Made by a program: the position numbers and the translations under genes. This document shows positions 44,192-53,947 of a DNA stretch of 64,000 nucleotides, piece after piece (positions within the stretch are counted from its first letter, which is position 1; every line of letters begins with the position of its first letter). The stretch is from Candidatus Nanoarchaeia archaeon (lineage in GTDB: Bacteria > Patescibacteriota > Microgenomatia > Woykebacterales > RBG-16-39-9b): contig DATBWR010000004.1 of NCBI GenBank assembly GCA_036514715.1, forward strand, positions 9,147 to 73,146, in the 5' to 3' direction. Under the pieces are notes generated by a model. It ran no database searches and was not told the DNA's origin. It worked only from the letters and a program-made list of their open reading frames with translations.

Positions 44192-44798
44192 TCCCTACAA
44201 CGGTGAGGTTAAAGTTGTTGAAAGCTTTGGCGAAAGAAGGCTGATTGCCTCTTCCTATACTCAGTCCCGTAGTCTCAATAAGAAAGGAAAAACAGCCTCC
44301 TACTGGGATGGGTTCGTCAATAATCTACCTCCTGTAAGTAGAGATGGTCGGATCCTCATTTTGGGTTTAGCCGGTGGGACGATCGCTAAACTGATAACCG
44401 CCAAATTTGGCCCGGTCGCTATTGATGGAGTTGATATCGACCCGCTGATGGTTGACCTGGGCCGCAAATACCTAGACTTCAAAGAAAAGAACGTCAACGT
44501 GATTATCGCCGATGCCTTAAAGTTTGTTGATGAGACTCGTTATAAATACGATATTGTCTGCGTGGATTTGTTTGCGCGGGGCGATGTGGCGGTGGGTACA
44601 GAATCGTCGGAATTTTTTGAAAAAACAAAAAGACTTCTTACTGAAAATGGGGTGGTGGTTGTCAACAAACTTTATAGCACCAGAGAAGCTCTGGAAGGAT
44701 ATTTAGATTTCTTGCACCAAATTTTTGGAAAAACTAACGTGTTAATGGTACGCAACAGTTTTCGTAACGAGAATGTCATCGTTTATGCCCATAGGTAA
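44154..44798 (+). CDS. Spermidine-synthase-like SAM methyltransferase
   Basis: ILILGLAGG, VDIDP, DA, YD...DLF. Confidence 0.75.
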   Translation: MSIFLKTLFQGVSPYNGEVKVVESFGERRLIASSYTQSRSLNKKGKTASYWDGFVNNLPPVSRDGRILILGLAGGTIAKLITAKFGPVAIDGVDIDPLMVDLGRKYLDFKEKNVNVIIADALKFVDETRYKYDIVCVDLFARGDVAVGTESSEFFEKTKRLLTENGVVVVNKLYSTREALEGYLDFLHQIFGKTNVLMVRNSFRNENVIVYAHR

Positions 44799-45627
44799 CC
44801 TTTCAGAAATCTTCCAAGCAGCTATTCTCGGTATCATCCAAGGGGTGACTGAGTTCCTACCAATTTCTTCCTCCGGCCATCTTTTTTTAGTAACAGAGAT
44901 TTTGGGTTGGGAGGGAGTGGTTAACTCTCTTTCGTTTGATCTTGCTTTGCACGTAGGTACAAGCGCGGCTGTGGTTTTGTTTTTCTGGAGAGATTTTTGG
45001 CGAATGATAAAAGCGTTTGTGGACAACTTGCCAAGAGGATTAAAGGGAGTTTGGGGGGATGAGCAGTCCCGACTTTTAATTTTTATTGTGGTCGGCTCAG
45101 TACCAGCCGGCGTAATTGGATTTTTGTTCGAAGATTTCTTTACAACTGAGGCCCGCAATCTACCACTGGTCGCCCTTACCTTAATTTTTTTCGGTCTACT
45201 TCTTTACTTGGGTGATCGTTTAGGTCGAAAAGACAGACAGATCAAAGGTCTTACTTTTCTCGACAGCCTTTTTATTGGTTTAGCTCAAAGTTTGGCTTTA
45301 GTTCCCGGTGTTTCCCGCTCAGGCATTACCATTACTTCTGGATTGTTTCGCAACTTGGACCGAGAGGCCTCAACCCGGTTTTCGTTTTTGCTCTCTACCC
45401 CGGCAATTTTGGGAGCTTCGATTTTAAAATTGCCGGAAATTACCAATAGTGCTTTGGGAGGTTCGTCGCAAACTTTTCTTTTTGTCGGGGTTTTGACAGC
45501 CGCAGTCTCTGGATTTTTAGCAATCAAAGTGCTCTTGAACTTTATAATGTCCAACAATTTCACTATTTTTGTAATCTATAGAGTTGTCTTAGGATTAGCG
45601 GTTCTGGCGGTGGCTATTGGTATTTAG
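44773..45627 (+). CDS. uppP: Undecaprenyl-diphosphate phosphatase
   Basis: QGVTEFLPISSSGH, PGVSRSG.T, FSFLLS.P. Confidence 0.95.
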   Translation: MSSFMPIGNLSEIFQAAILGIIQGVTEFLPISSSGHLFLVTEILGWEGVVNSLSFDLALHVGTSAAVVLFFWRDFWRMIKAFVDNLPRGLKGVWGDEQSRLLIFIVVGSVPAGVIGFLFEDFFTTEARNLPLVALTLIFFGLLLYLGDRLGRKDRQIKGLTFLDSLFIGLAQSLALVPGVSRSGITITSGLFRNLDREASTRFSFLLSTPAILGASILKLPEITNSALGGSSQTFLFVGVLTAAVSGFLAIKVLLNFIMSNNFTIFVIYRVVLGLAVLAVAIGI

Positions 45628-45895
45628 GTTCAAGGGCTTTGGCCTTCCGACCAAGGGCAAAGTTGAGAGCATGAGTAACTGCTAGACCCACCCGGATGCC
45701 AGTGTAAGAGCCAGGCCCGACCTTTGCGGAAAAGCTGTCAATCTCCTTAAGTTTAAGACCGGCTTTTTTCAAGGCTGCCTCGATAGCAGCTAGGGGTGAG
45801 TCTTTGGTGATTGTGACCAAAACCTTGCCGTCTTCTTTAATTTCGACCTTGGCTTCTTTGGCGACCGTGGTGTCTAAAAGTAGCTCTTTACTCAT
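45614..45895 (-). CDS. tsaB: Miniature TsaB-like protein
   Basis: LLLDT and GPGSYTGIRVG; only 93 aa. Confidence 0.75.
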   Translation of the reverse strand: MSKELLLDTTVAKEAKVEIKEDGKVLVTITKDSPLAAIEAALKKAGLKLKEIDSFSAKVGPGSYTGIRVGLAVTHALNFALGRKAKALEPKYQ

Positions 45896-48129
45896 ATTTT
45901 GGGAACAGAGGCAGCGAAGTTTTTCTTTTCACTCTCTTGTCTCATTTCGTCCAAAACTGATCTTTCTGCGATCCTTAAAGTGAAAATAAAACTAGAGCCT
46001 TTACCAACCTCACTTTTTACCCAAATTTTGCCACCTAAGAGTTCGACGTAATTTTTAGTAATGTAAAGCCCTAAGCCCGTCCCCCCGCTGGTAGCAGCAG
46101 CAGCGTAAGAGTTTTCCAAACGTCCGTACTTGGTGAAGAGCTTATCGATTCCCTCCTTGGTCATACCGACTCCGGTGTCAGTTACTGAGATTTCCACAAA
46201 ACCAGCCTCTTGAGAAAGAGAAGATTTAACGGTAATTTTACCTTTTTCAGGAGTAAATTTAATGGCGTTGCCAACCAAATTTTGGAGAATTTCCGGGAAG
46301 CGCTGCTTATCTAAAATAACCTTGGGTAATTTAGGTTGTTCTTCATAGGTAAGGACGATCTTCTTCTCATCCGTCTTGGAAGCGATTTCCGCAAAAACTT
46401 GGTCCACGAGTGGTTTCAGGGCGGCTTCTTCAAAATTAAGCTGCACCCTGCCAGCCTCAATTCGAGAGACATTAAGAAGATCGTTGATCAAAGCGATCAT
46501 GCGTTCGGAACTGGTGTAGGAAACATCCAAATAATGCTTGAGCTTTTCGTTTTTAATCTCTCCGGCCCGGCCGTTTAAGGCCATCCACAAGTAACTTTTA
46601 ATCGCGGTCATAGGAGTGCGTAAATCATGAGAGGCAATGGAGAGAAATTCGTCTTTGAGCTTATCAATTTCCTTAAGAGCCTCGTTGGCTTTCTTCAGTT
46701 CACGAGTAGCCCTCTCTACCTGTTCTTTCAAAGTGATGTTGAAGCGGCGGATTTTTTCAACGGACTTTGCATTTTCAAAAGAGATGGCAGCCTCAGGTGA
46801 AAAGATCTCAAGAACTTTAATGTCTTTGGATGAATAAATCTCGCCAGAAGCTTTTTCCCCTAAGAGCAAAACTCCAACGTGGTCAATCTGAGTTTTCAGA
46901 GGGATAACTACAGTCACGTCCAGCCGCCGCAACAGTTCTTTGGTCGCACCTTCCTCAAGATCCTCAAAAACCAGGTTTTTGTCAATGGCTTCTAGTGAAA
47001 AGACATCTTTTTCGGAAAAAGAAGGCTCTTTTTTGTAGCCAGAAGTTTCACTAACAAAGATTTTGCCGGCATCGGTTAGAACAAAGGCGCCGCGGGTGAT
47101 GCGCATTTGGGCCAAAATTTTCTCAAGCAGTTTGTGGGCAATATCATCGATTAAAATCGTTTCCGCCATGGTTCTTGTAAGGTCAGAAAGCAGCACAGTA
47201 GACTCGTAATCCTCTTTAAAGAAGATCCGATCAGTAACGTGCTCAAAGAAGCGCCGTAGAGGTTGGAAGGTGAAGGCCACGACTAAAGTTAGTGAAGCGT
47301 AAATTAGTAGCTGTGCCGTAGAAGTAGTAGTTCTGAAAAGGAAGTTAGTAAGTAGAACAGTTGACCCAATGTAAAAAATTGCAATCGAGAAAACCAAAAG
47401 TGAGTAAGCCACCGTCCTCGCCACCACCAGCCGAATATCCAGCAACCGGTGCCTGACAATAGCATAAGCGGTTGCACCAAGAAAGAGCACAAAACCGTAA
47501 ATTCCTAAGCGGGTTATAGCTGGTGTAACGTTAATTAACTGAGGAAGCACTACGTTAGTCAAAACTGCTATAACTGAGGTTGAAATTAGTCCTAGCAAGA
47601 CGTAAAAAGTTTGAGACTTCTCGACTCCCACTAGAGTTTTAAACTTTATGAAAAGAGCAACCGCACTAATTAAAACTACGTATAAGAAAGAGTAGACCGA
47701 AAACAAGTCTCCTAAGGGTCCGTAGGTAAATTTAACCCTATTTCCAACTATTTCTACATAGGCGATTAAGTCTGTAAAAGAAAGAACTATTAAAAGCAGA
47801 GTTGGTATGAATAACAACAAATCTCTTTTCACGTGTAACTTTGCTTTAGGAAAGTTTAGCGAGAAAAGTAAGAACACATAGGCTATTAGGGACGCACTTG
47901 CGTAGTCCAAGCTCTTAAGGAGGTTTATTACAGATCTCCCAAAAGTCTCATCTTCGGAGAAACTGACAAAAGACCAAAAAGCCATTAAGAGGGATAGGGC
48001 AGCAAAAAGCCTGTTAGTCCAGTTCTTTGGATTTCTAGTAATTACTAGAAGACCAAGGAGAAGGTTAGCAACAATTATCGAAACCGCAAGTATTAAATCA
48101 AGACGCATCTTGGCTAGGTTTTTCTCCAA
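45892..48129 (-). CDS. Multi-TM sensor histidine kinase with GAF-like region
   Basis: 7TM-type N-terminus (YAIVRHRLLDI), ASHDLRTP, NAIKF, DTGVG, GTGLGL. Confidence 0.9.
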   Translation of the reverse strand: MEKNLAKMRLDLILAVSIIVANLLLGLLVITRNPKNWTNRLFAALSLLMAFWSFVSFSEDETFGRSVINLLKSLDYASASLIAYVFLLFSLNFPKAKLHVKRDLLLFIPTLLLIVLSFTDLIAYVEIVGNRVKFTYGPLGDLFSVYSFLYVVLISAVALFIKFKTLVGVEKSQTFYVLLGLISTSVIAVLTNVVLPQLINVTPAITRLGIYGFVLFLGATAYAIVRHRLLDIRLVVARTVAYSLLVFSIAIFYIGSTVLLTNFLFRTTTSTAQLLIYASLTLVVAFTFQPLRRFFEHVTDRIFFKEDYESTVLLSDLTRTMAETILIDDIAHKLLEKILAQMRITRGAFVLTDAGKIFVSETSGYKKEPSFSEKDVFSLEAIDKNLVFEDLEEGATKELLRRLDVTVVIPLKTQIDHVGVLLLGEKASGEIYSSKDIKVLEIFSPEAAISFENAKSVEKIRRFNITLKEQVERATRELKKANEALKEIDKLKDEFLSIASHDLRTPMTAIKSYLWMALNGRAGEIKNEKLKHYLDVSYTSSERMIALINDLLNVSRIEAGRVQLNFEEAALKPLVDQVFAEIASKTDEKKIVLTYEEQPKLPKVILDKQRFPEILQNLVGNAIKFTPEKGKITVKSSLSQEAGFVEISVTDTGVGMTKEGIDKLFTKYGRLENSYAAAATSGGTGLGLYITKNYVELLGGKIWVKSEVGKGSSFIFTLRIAERSVLDEMRQESEKKNFAASVPKI

Positions 48130-48907
48130 CTACTATAAGTGAGTACCCTAAGCTAGGAAAAAGTTTCCCCAAAGTTTGGAATTCAAGGTTCAAAAACTTT
48201 TTCGTTAAAGATCTGTTGAGTTGAAACACTTTTTTAACTAAAGGAACCTCGGGAAAATAGGTTAAACCGAAAATTCTTACGTTATTAAACTCTTTAAAGA
48301 GTTTCTTTAGTTTTGGAGCAGAATAAAAATAGACTGGTATGGCTGGTGGTTCACCTTTACTATAATTTCTTATTTTATACGGTCTGAAACTACTAATATA
48401 TTCAGGATTTAGATGGAAAAGCGAAGAAAGAATGTTTCTTAGAGAATACTGTGAGTAGAACATAAAGATAAACTTACCGCCAGGCTTGAGGGCCTGATAG
48501 ACCTCAGCGACAAGATTGTTGATGTCAGTTGAGTGAGAAAGTGATCCATAAAAAGATACCATATTATCAAAAGAGTTGGGTTCTAGCTTAATTTTATCGA
48601 AATCTTCGTTTAAGAACTGAGCGTTTGGGTGTAATTTTTTGGCTTTCTTTACCATCTCGAATGAGATGTCCACACCCACGTACCTTTTTGCCGGTACAAC
48701 TTGGTACCCAAAGCCAGTTCCGGACCCGAGATCTAAAACATTTTCAGGTTGGCTGCTGTGTTGTAAAAATTTACTAGTAAGTTTGCTGACTAAGTCATCT
48801 TCAGCCCCACTGATAAAATCGTGGTACAAATTATCATAGTCAGCAGTAACGTTGTTGTAATAAGTTTTAGTGGCGTTTTTTAAGACGGTCGCGATAGAGG
48901 GATACAC
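48098..48907 (-). CDS. Class I SAM-dependent methyltransferase
   Basis: VLDLGSGTG, GVDIS, LKPGG. Confidence 0.85.
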   Translation of the reverse strand: MYPSIATVLKNATKTYYNNVTADYDNLYHDFISGAEDDLVSKLTSKFLQHSSQPENVLDLGSGTGFGYQVVPAKRYVGVDISFEMVKKAKKLHPNAQFLNEDFDKIKLEPNSFDNMVSFYGSLSHSTDINNLVAEVYQALKPGGKFIFMFYSQYSLRNILSSLFHLNPEYISSFRPYKIRNYSKGEPPAIPVYFYSAPKLKKLFKEFNNVRIFGLTYFPEVPLVKKVFQLNRSLTKKFLNLEFQTLGKLFPSLGYSLIVVGEKPSQDAS

Positions 48908-48938
48908 TCTTTAATTTTAACATAAGGCTTTTACCTAA

Positions 48939-48972
48939 GAAAAAGGGCTACCTCCTTTTAGAGAAGTAGCCC
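48939..48972 (-). terminator. Intrinsic terminator
   Basis: GGGCTAC/GTAGCCC stem with a T-run on the minus strand. Confidence 0.6.
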
Positions 48973-48977
48973 CTTGG

Positions 48978-50309
48978 TTACTTATAGAGTACGCGCTTAG
49001 TTATGGCGTTGCCGAACAGAGCGATGAAGGGACGTCTGAGAAACCCAGGGATGATGTAGAGCGGGTTCTGACGTCTCAGGATCACTCCCACAGGTGGGTC
49101 ATCACGCAGGTAGTAATTGGTTTCCACCCTCACTTGGGTGAAGTCCAAACCGCGGTAATATTCCAGCTCTGTGTCGGCGTATGCCTCACTCTTTCTCCAT
49201 GGTGACCAGTTAGGATCGATCGCTTTTCTCACGTCACCCACAGTCAGGGTGGCGTATTCCTGAGGAGTTGGTGCGCGACGTCCGGATTGACAGTAGAGCG
49301 AGCAGATGTTCTTGTAATCCGGAACTCTGCTTCCGACCAAGACTTGTCTGTATCTTGAAAGAAGCAGTAGGAAAGTCTGGGCAACGATTACAGTACTGGC
49401 TCCAGTTATGCTGTACCTTGGCGGGACGCTAAGGGTTATTCCCCAAAGGTCCTTGCCAGATTTGTTAGTGCCAAACCTGTCAGCGATGCCATCGAAGTTA
49501 ACTGCAGGTTTTTGCAGAATCTCCTTGGCGTCGCAGGGAGTTGCCATACCGACAGCAATTACTCTTCCCAACCTGTTGCGAGCGACGATCACTCCGTCTG
49601 GGAAGGAACGTATCCTTTGGGCGTAAGTTTCAGCCGATCGTTCATGCCCCCTACCCCAAGCCAGACGTTCAACCGAGGCGATGTCTGGTGCATCCTCGAT
49701 TCGCGCTAGGCCGGCGGTGATTTCAGCTCTTTCTACCCTTGTGAACAGAAGCGGCCGGCTCCCCTCTCGCAAGAAAGGCGGCCTAAGGTTGGCCTCCACT
49801 ACATAGGCTTCCATCACGAACCAGAGGCCGTAAGTCAAGACCAAGTCAAAGATCACCAGACCGAGCCCAAAAGCAGGGAGACCTTCGTAACCAGCAACCA
49901 GTACGTAGGTCAAAGGTAATCCGGCAAAGAGGCGGTTAAGCCGACCAAGCCAGACCGTCAGTTTTGACGAAAGCCTCAAGTCAATAAGGCTCAGATTGTA
50001 GGCTGACCAGAGACCCCAGAAGAGCCCTGCTGGCCACCGAAGTGGGTTTTTCTTGAGGTTTTCTAAAGCCTTACTCGCGTAGGGTGGCCAGACCGACCTT
50101 TCTACAGAAAAGATCCATATTAGGGTTATCGTCAGAACTGACTCTGAGATGATTAGCAGAGTTCCGTAGAACACTACGTTTACGCCGTAGGGCTCAAGAG
50201 TCTCTACCTCAATTGCCTTCTCCACGATGTAGCCTAGTACGACAAAGTACAGAACAAGACCCAGAAGAAGGGCCTTGTTTATCCAGGATTTAGCTCTCTC
50301 GTTTAACAC
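48978..50309 (-). CDS. Membrane protein with C-terminal GNAT-like domain
   Basis: N-terminal TMs; DIASVE..AW, RI..FPDGV.VA, LSVPP.Y...GA. GTG start at 50309 with AAGGAG SD. Confidence 0.6.
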   Translation of the reverse strand: MLNERAKSWINKALLLGLVLYFVVLGYIVEKAIEVETLEPYGVNVVFYGTLLIISESVLTITLIWIFSVERSVWPPYASKALENLKKNPLRWPAGLFWGLWSAYNLSLIDLRLSSKLTVWLGRLNRLFAGLPLTYVLVAGYEGLPAFGLGLVIFDLVLTYGLWFVMEAYVVEANLRPPFLREGSRPLLFTRVERAEITAGLARIEDAPDIASVERLAWGRGHERSAETYAQRIRSFPDGVIVARNRLGRVIAVGMATPCDAKEILQKPAVNFDGIADRFGTNKSGKDLWGITLSVPPRYSITGASTVIVAQTFLLLLSRYRQVLVGSRVPDYKNICSLYCQSGRRAPTPQEYATLTVGDVRKAIDPNWSPWRKSEAYADTELEYYRGLDFTQVRVETNYYLRDDPPVGVILRRQNPLYIIPGFLRRPFIALFGNAITKRVLYK

Positions 50310-50501
50310 AATCCTCTCCTTGTTTTTGATTTTTGTACAATTAAATTGTGGTGTGCCAATCAATTATATACTATAGGACCAAGTTTGTCTAAATTTTATA
50401 GAAAAAGAAAAAGACCCGCGAGGTTTGAAAACCTTTTGGGTCTTTGGTGATCTCTCTGTTTGCCAAGCGCCTCTCTCGAATGCTACTATTTCTTAAGAGC
50501 C

Positions 50502-50783
50502 ATGAACGCCCTAAAGAAACTGCCTTGGTACATCCTCCCAATCCTCTGGGGCCTACTTACGCTTCCCCTTACGTGGGCTGTGATGTGGATTACTTCCTTC
50601 CTGTTTTCTGGAGATAGTAATCTTTGGGTTGCTGCTTACGGAGTTCTAGTATGGGCATTTGTACTAGCAACTCTTCTCGTCTGTCTAGGTAGTGCCTTAA
50701 CTGCTCCAGAAAAACGACTGCGCTCCCTTGGGTTAACCATTTTCGTTGTCATCGCGACAATTGCAATCCTTTCTTCAATTTAG
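50502..50783 (+). CDS. Small membrane protein
   Basis: Three hydrophobic helices; ATG 50502. Confidence 0.6.
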   Translation: MNALKKLPWYILPILWGLLTLPLTWAVMWITSFLFSGDSNLWVAAYGVLVWAFVLATLLVCLGSALTAPEKRLRSLGLTIFVVIATIAILSSI

Positions 50784-52834
50784 GGAGCGTAGTTCGTCTG
50801 CGAACCTACCAAATCTTGAGCTATTCGCAGCCTCACTTGTTCTGCTACGATCTTACCGACACTTGCCTGATCACTGGGACCTAGAAGTACGAAACTGTGG
50901 GTTTCAGCGACATCACTGTATCCACAAGTCTCTACCGAGCGCTGATCACCACAATTTGGCAGAAAGTTGACTTCGATTCGAGTTTCAGGTTTGACGAACT
51001 GCGTGTCCGCGTAGTCGGACCTACCCCAAGATGTAGGGGTATCGAAGAAGTTGTAGGGTGAGCATAAACTCGGACTCCACAGGCAATCACCTGAATTCCC
51101 GATGTTCCAGACCAGAGTGCCGCTTTCAATCGCAATGTCCTCGAAGATTTGGTTGAAGAGAAGCGCGCGACTTTCCTCAACCTGATCTTGAAGCCTTTTC
51201 TTAACCGGTCCGGTATAAAGCTCGAGGACACTTTTAGTTGCCTTGCTCGTAGCAAACCTAAGTAGGCATGGAAGTGGTAGATCACCTAGGTTAGTGGCTA
51301 AGTTTGCTACCCAATCACCGTTGACTCCGTTTAGTGGGGAGTCAATGGTGATGACGCCGGCCATTGGTAGAGCCGAACGATCCTCCAAACCTCGTTCGTT
51401 GATCGCTTGAGCCATTGCCTGGAAAGCTACCAACCCACCAAAACTGTGACCAACCAGGTAGATCTGGTAGTTTGGCTTAGCTTCTTTCAGCTGCCGGACT
51501 GCTTTGAGCAGTTGTTTTGCCGGCCGGTCGTACTTGTGAGCAGTTACGTCCTGACAACCGTAGTTGGCAGGAACCCATTCTCCGGTCCGTTTCTTGACCT
51601 TAACGTCCTTGTAGGAAAATTCAAGGAAGTCGCCCTCTGCGAAGCCAACTTCCCGCAGTTCCTGTTTGATCTTCCCGAAAGGCTCCTCATCGCCTGCATC
51701 TGATCCACAGGATTCCCCATACTCGGACCCGTCAGTTAGGCAGCTGGCGTAACCTTGAACGAAGATAACGATCTTCCTTGCGTCCGACGGCCCCGGTGTT
51801 GGGATCGGAGTTGGTGTCGGGGTTGGCGTTGGTGGGATCGTAAACGAACGGAAGCCCTCTACCTTAAAGACGCTGTTGTTGGTATCGTCAGTGAAAAAGA
51901 GGGTACCCGCCTCATCAACAGCAACATCACCAGGACCGATCTGGGCTTCCAGCAGTGCGCAGCCAGTATCGAAACTGACGCAAGTTCCTCCACCAACCAC
52001 CACTTGTGGCGAACCACCTCCTACCAGACTGTAGATTAGACCCAGCCCGGAGGAGGAATTTTCCGCAGCAATGAGAAACTCATTTCCGAGAACTTCCAAA
52101 CCGATAAAGCGTTCGCTGACCGGAGTTGAAAGCGACTGAACCTGCCCGCCGGTGATTGCCATCACCCTTCCTCCACCGGAAGCGCAAGGGTCAGTGACTA
52201 GGTAGAGTATACCTCCGGCAAATTCCGTGTCTCGTACGCAGCCAAGACCGGCCTGCGTTGCTAGAGTACCGTTTGGACTGATGCTTGGGTCGCCAGTGCC
52301 GGCGAAATGGGTTACCGTGCCGCCTGAGTTGACTTTGTAGATCTTGGCGTTATCGAGCTGGGCGTAGATGTCGCCGGTTGTTTCATCAACTGCCACTGAC
52401 CAGACGTTGGAAGGCAGTTGGGCGAGAGTGGAAATGTTGCCATCTGTACCGACAATCCGAACACGGTTGTTGGAGTAGTCGCCAATGATCACTCGTCCGT
52501 CGGCGAGGACTTGCACATCACGCACATCGTCCAGCTGGGCGTTGACTGCTGGGCCGCCGTCGCCGGAAAAGCCTGGGCTAAAATTGCCCGCAACCAACTC
52601 AACCGTTCCGTTGGGGAGTACCTTTTGGACCACACTGTTGCAGCGGTCGGCAAAATACACCGCTCCGTCGGGTCCAACGTCAACTCCGGTTGGGCAACCG
52701 AACACTGCTGCTAGACGAACAACCATCGGCTCGGCTGCTTGGGAACTCGCAAGCAGTTGTCCAAAGACAACTGGCAGCAGAACCAAAAGGACCAACCAGA
52801 CCAGACGCGTTACCTGCGTGGTTTTCCTGAACAC
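50780..52834 (-). CDS. Secreted NHL-repeat protein fused to an alpha/beta hydrolase
   Basis: Signal peptide, NHL repeats (GFSGDGGPA..A.L), PT linker, GHSFGG nucleophile elbow, IDSPL.G. Confidence 0.82.
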   Translation of the reverse strand: MFRKTTQVTRLVWLVLLVLLPVVFGQLLASSQAAEPMVVRLAAVFGCPTGVDVGPDGAVYFADRCNSVVQKVLPNGTVELVAGNFSPGFSGDGGPAVNAQLDDVRDVQVLADGRVIIGDYSNNRVRIVGTDGNISTLAQLPSNVWSVAVDETTGDIYAQLDNAKIYKVNSGGTVTHFAGTGDPSISPNGTLATQAGLGCVRDTEFAGGILYLVTDPCASGGGRVMAITGGQVQSLSTPVSERFIGLEVLGNEFLIAAENSSSGLGLIYSLVGGGSPQVVVGGGTCVSFDTGCALLEAQIGPGDVAVDEAGTLFFTDDTNNSVFKVEGFRSFTIPPTPTPTPTPIPTPGPSDARKIVIFVQGYASCLTDGSEYGESCGSDAGDEEPFGKIKQELREVGFAEGDFLEFSYKDVKVKKRTGEWVPANYGCQDVTAHKYDRPAKQLLKAVRQLKEAKPNYQIYLVGHSFGGLVAFQAMAQAINERGLEDRSALPMAGVITIDSPLNGVNGDWVANLATNLGDLPLPCLLRFATSKATKSVLELYTGPVKKRLQDQVEESRALLFNQIFEDIAIESGTLVWNIGNSGDCLWSPSLCSPYNFFDTPTSWGRSDYADTQFVKPETRIEVNFLPNCGDQRSVETCGYSDVAETHSFVLLGPSDQASVGKIVAEQVRLRIAQDLVGSQTNYAP

Positions 52835-53063
52835 TTCTCTATCCTTTCTGAACTATTGGCTATTTTCGATTATGTAAAAGTGCTTAACGATCAGCCGCAT
52901 TTTCTCATTTGCCTTGCTTGGTTGTCAAAGCTTCTTTCTCAATAAACTTGACTATGAGTGCCTGAAATGGTAAGAAAGACTGCAAGGTAGAGACTACTGG
53001 CTTTACCTTCACCCCGCACAAAAAATACACGGCAAAGCCGTTACTAGAAGGGGAGCAGAGATC

Positions 53064-53864
53064 ATGGCTGGAGGAAGGAGAGCCCGCGACTGGGTTCATC
53101 CTGAGGTGCGCGCCGCTTGGACCACTCAAGGAAGAGATCGGGAGCAGCTGTTACTGGAAGCTCGCAGTCAGATCGACAATCTAGGCTCGGGAATACACTC
53201 GGCCTTTGTCGCTGGCCTTGAGTTTTTCATCCTGATTTGGCTCATTCAGGGTAGAAGAGGTACGGACTGGGCGGCTGGTCTGAAGCGTAATTTGGTAAGA
53301 TACGTAGCTTGGGAGTGCCGTCGGCAAAAAACCAACCCAGTACTGGTCAAAGTTTACTACCAGCCGCTTTTCAACGGTATGTTAGATAACTTAATCGGTC
53401 TTCTGGGTGACGGACAAGTGGATCTGGACTTTCTCCTGCAGGGCCTGCCAAGTGCTAGGAGAGATGAGGCTCACAGATTTGCAAGTATAGACCTTGCAGA
53501 CCTGCGTGAGGGAAGAAGTGTATGGCTTCGCTTCCGGCCGCCGGAACTCGGGCCTATTTTCAACCTCACCACAGAGCGTCTTGCTGTAGTGATGGATGTC
53601 GGTTTAGCCAAAGGCCCTGATAAGGACCCACACGTGCCGGTCCGCGAGGAAGAAAACCGTCAGGCCGAACGTAAGCGCTGCCGACGCGAAGGCATTAGCA
53701 GGGAGATTACGGAGCGCTACTACGTCAGGTCGCTTCAGGGCTGGATGAACGCAGCTACTGACGTGCAGTACGTGGTAAGGAGAAATCCTGACCTTTTCCG
53801 GATCTTTCTTGATAAGACTAGGGAGGAAATTCCAAGATTGGAAGCAGTGGAAATCGGGCCGTAA
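53064..53864 (+). CDS. Hypothetical protein
   Basis: 266 aa with SD and its own terminator; no motif recognised. Confidence 0.65.
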   Translation: MAGGRRARDWVHPEVRAAWTTQGRDREQLLLEARSQIDNLGSGIHSAFVAGLEFFILIWLIQGRRGTDWAAGLKRNLVRYVAWECRRQKTNPVLVKVYYQPLFNGMLDNLIGLLGDGQVDLDFLLQGLPSARRDEAHRFASIDLADLREGRSVWLRFRPPELGPIFNLTTERLAVVMDVGLAKGPDKDPHVPVREEENRQAERKRCRREGISREITERYYVRSLQGWMNAATDVQYVVRRNPDLFRIFLDKTREEIPRLEAVEIGP

Positions 53865-53871
53865 CCTCTGC

Positions 53872-53906
53872 AAGGAGCTCTGACACTTTAGAGCTCCTTT
53901 TCTTTT
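53872..53906 (+). terminator. Intrinsic terminator
   Basis: AAGGAGCTC...GAGCTCCTT-TTCTTTT. Confidence 0.72.
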
Positions 53907-53947
53907 CTTGCTTTCTGGAAGCAATCAGAGTATATTTTGAAGCTGAC

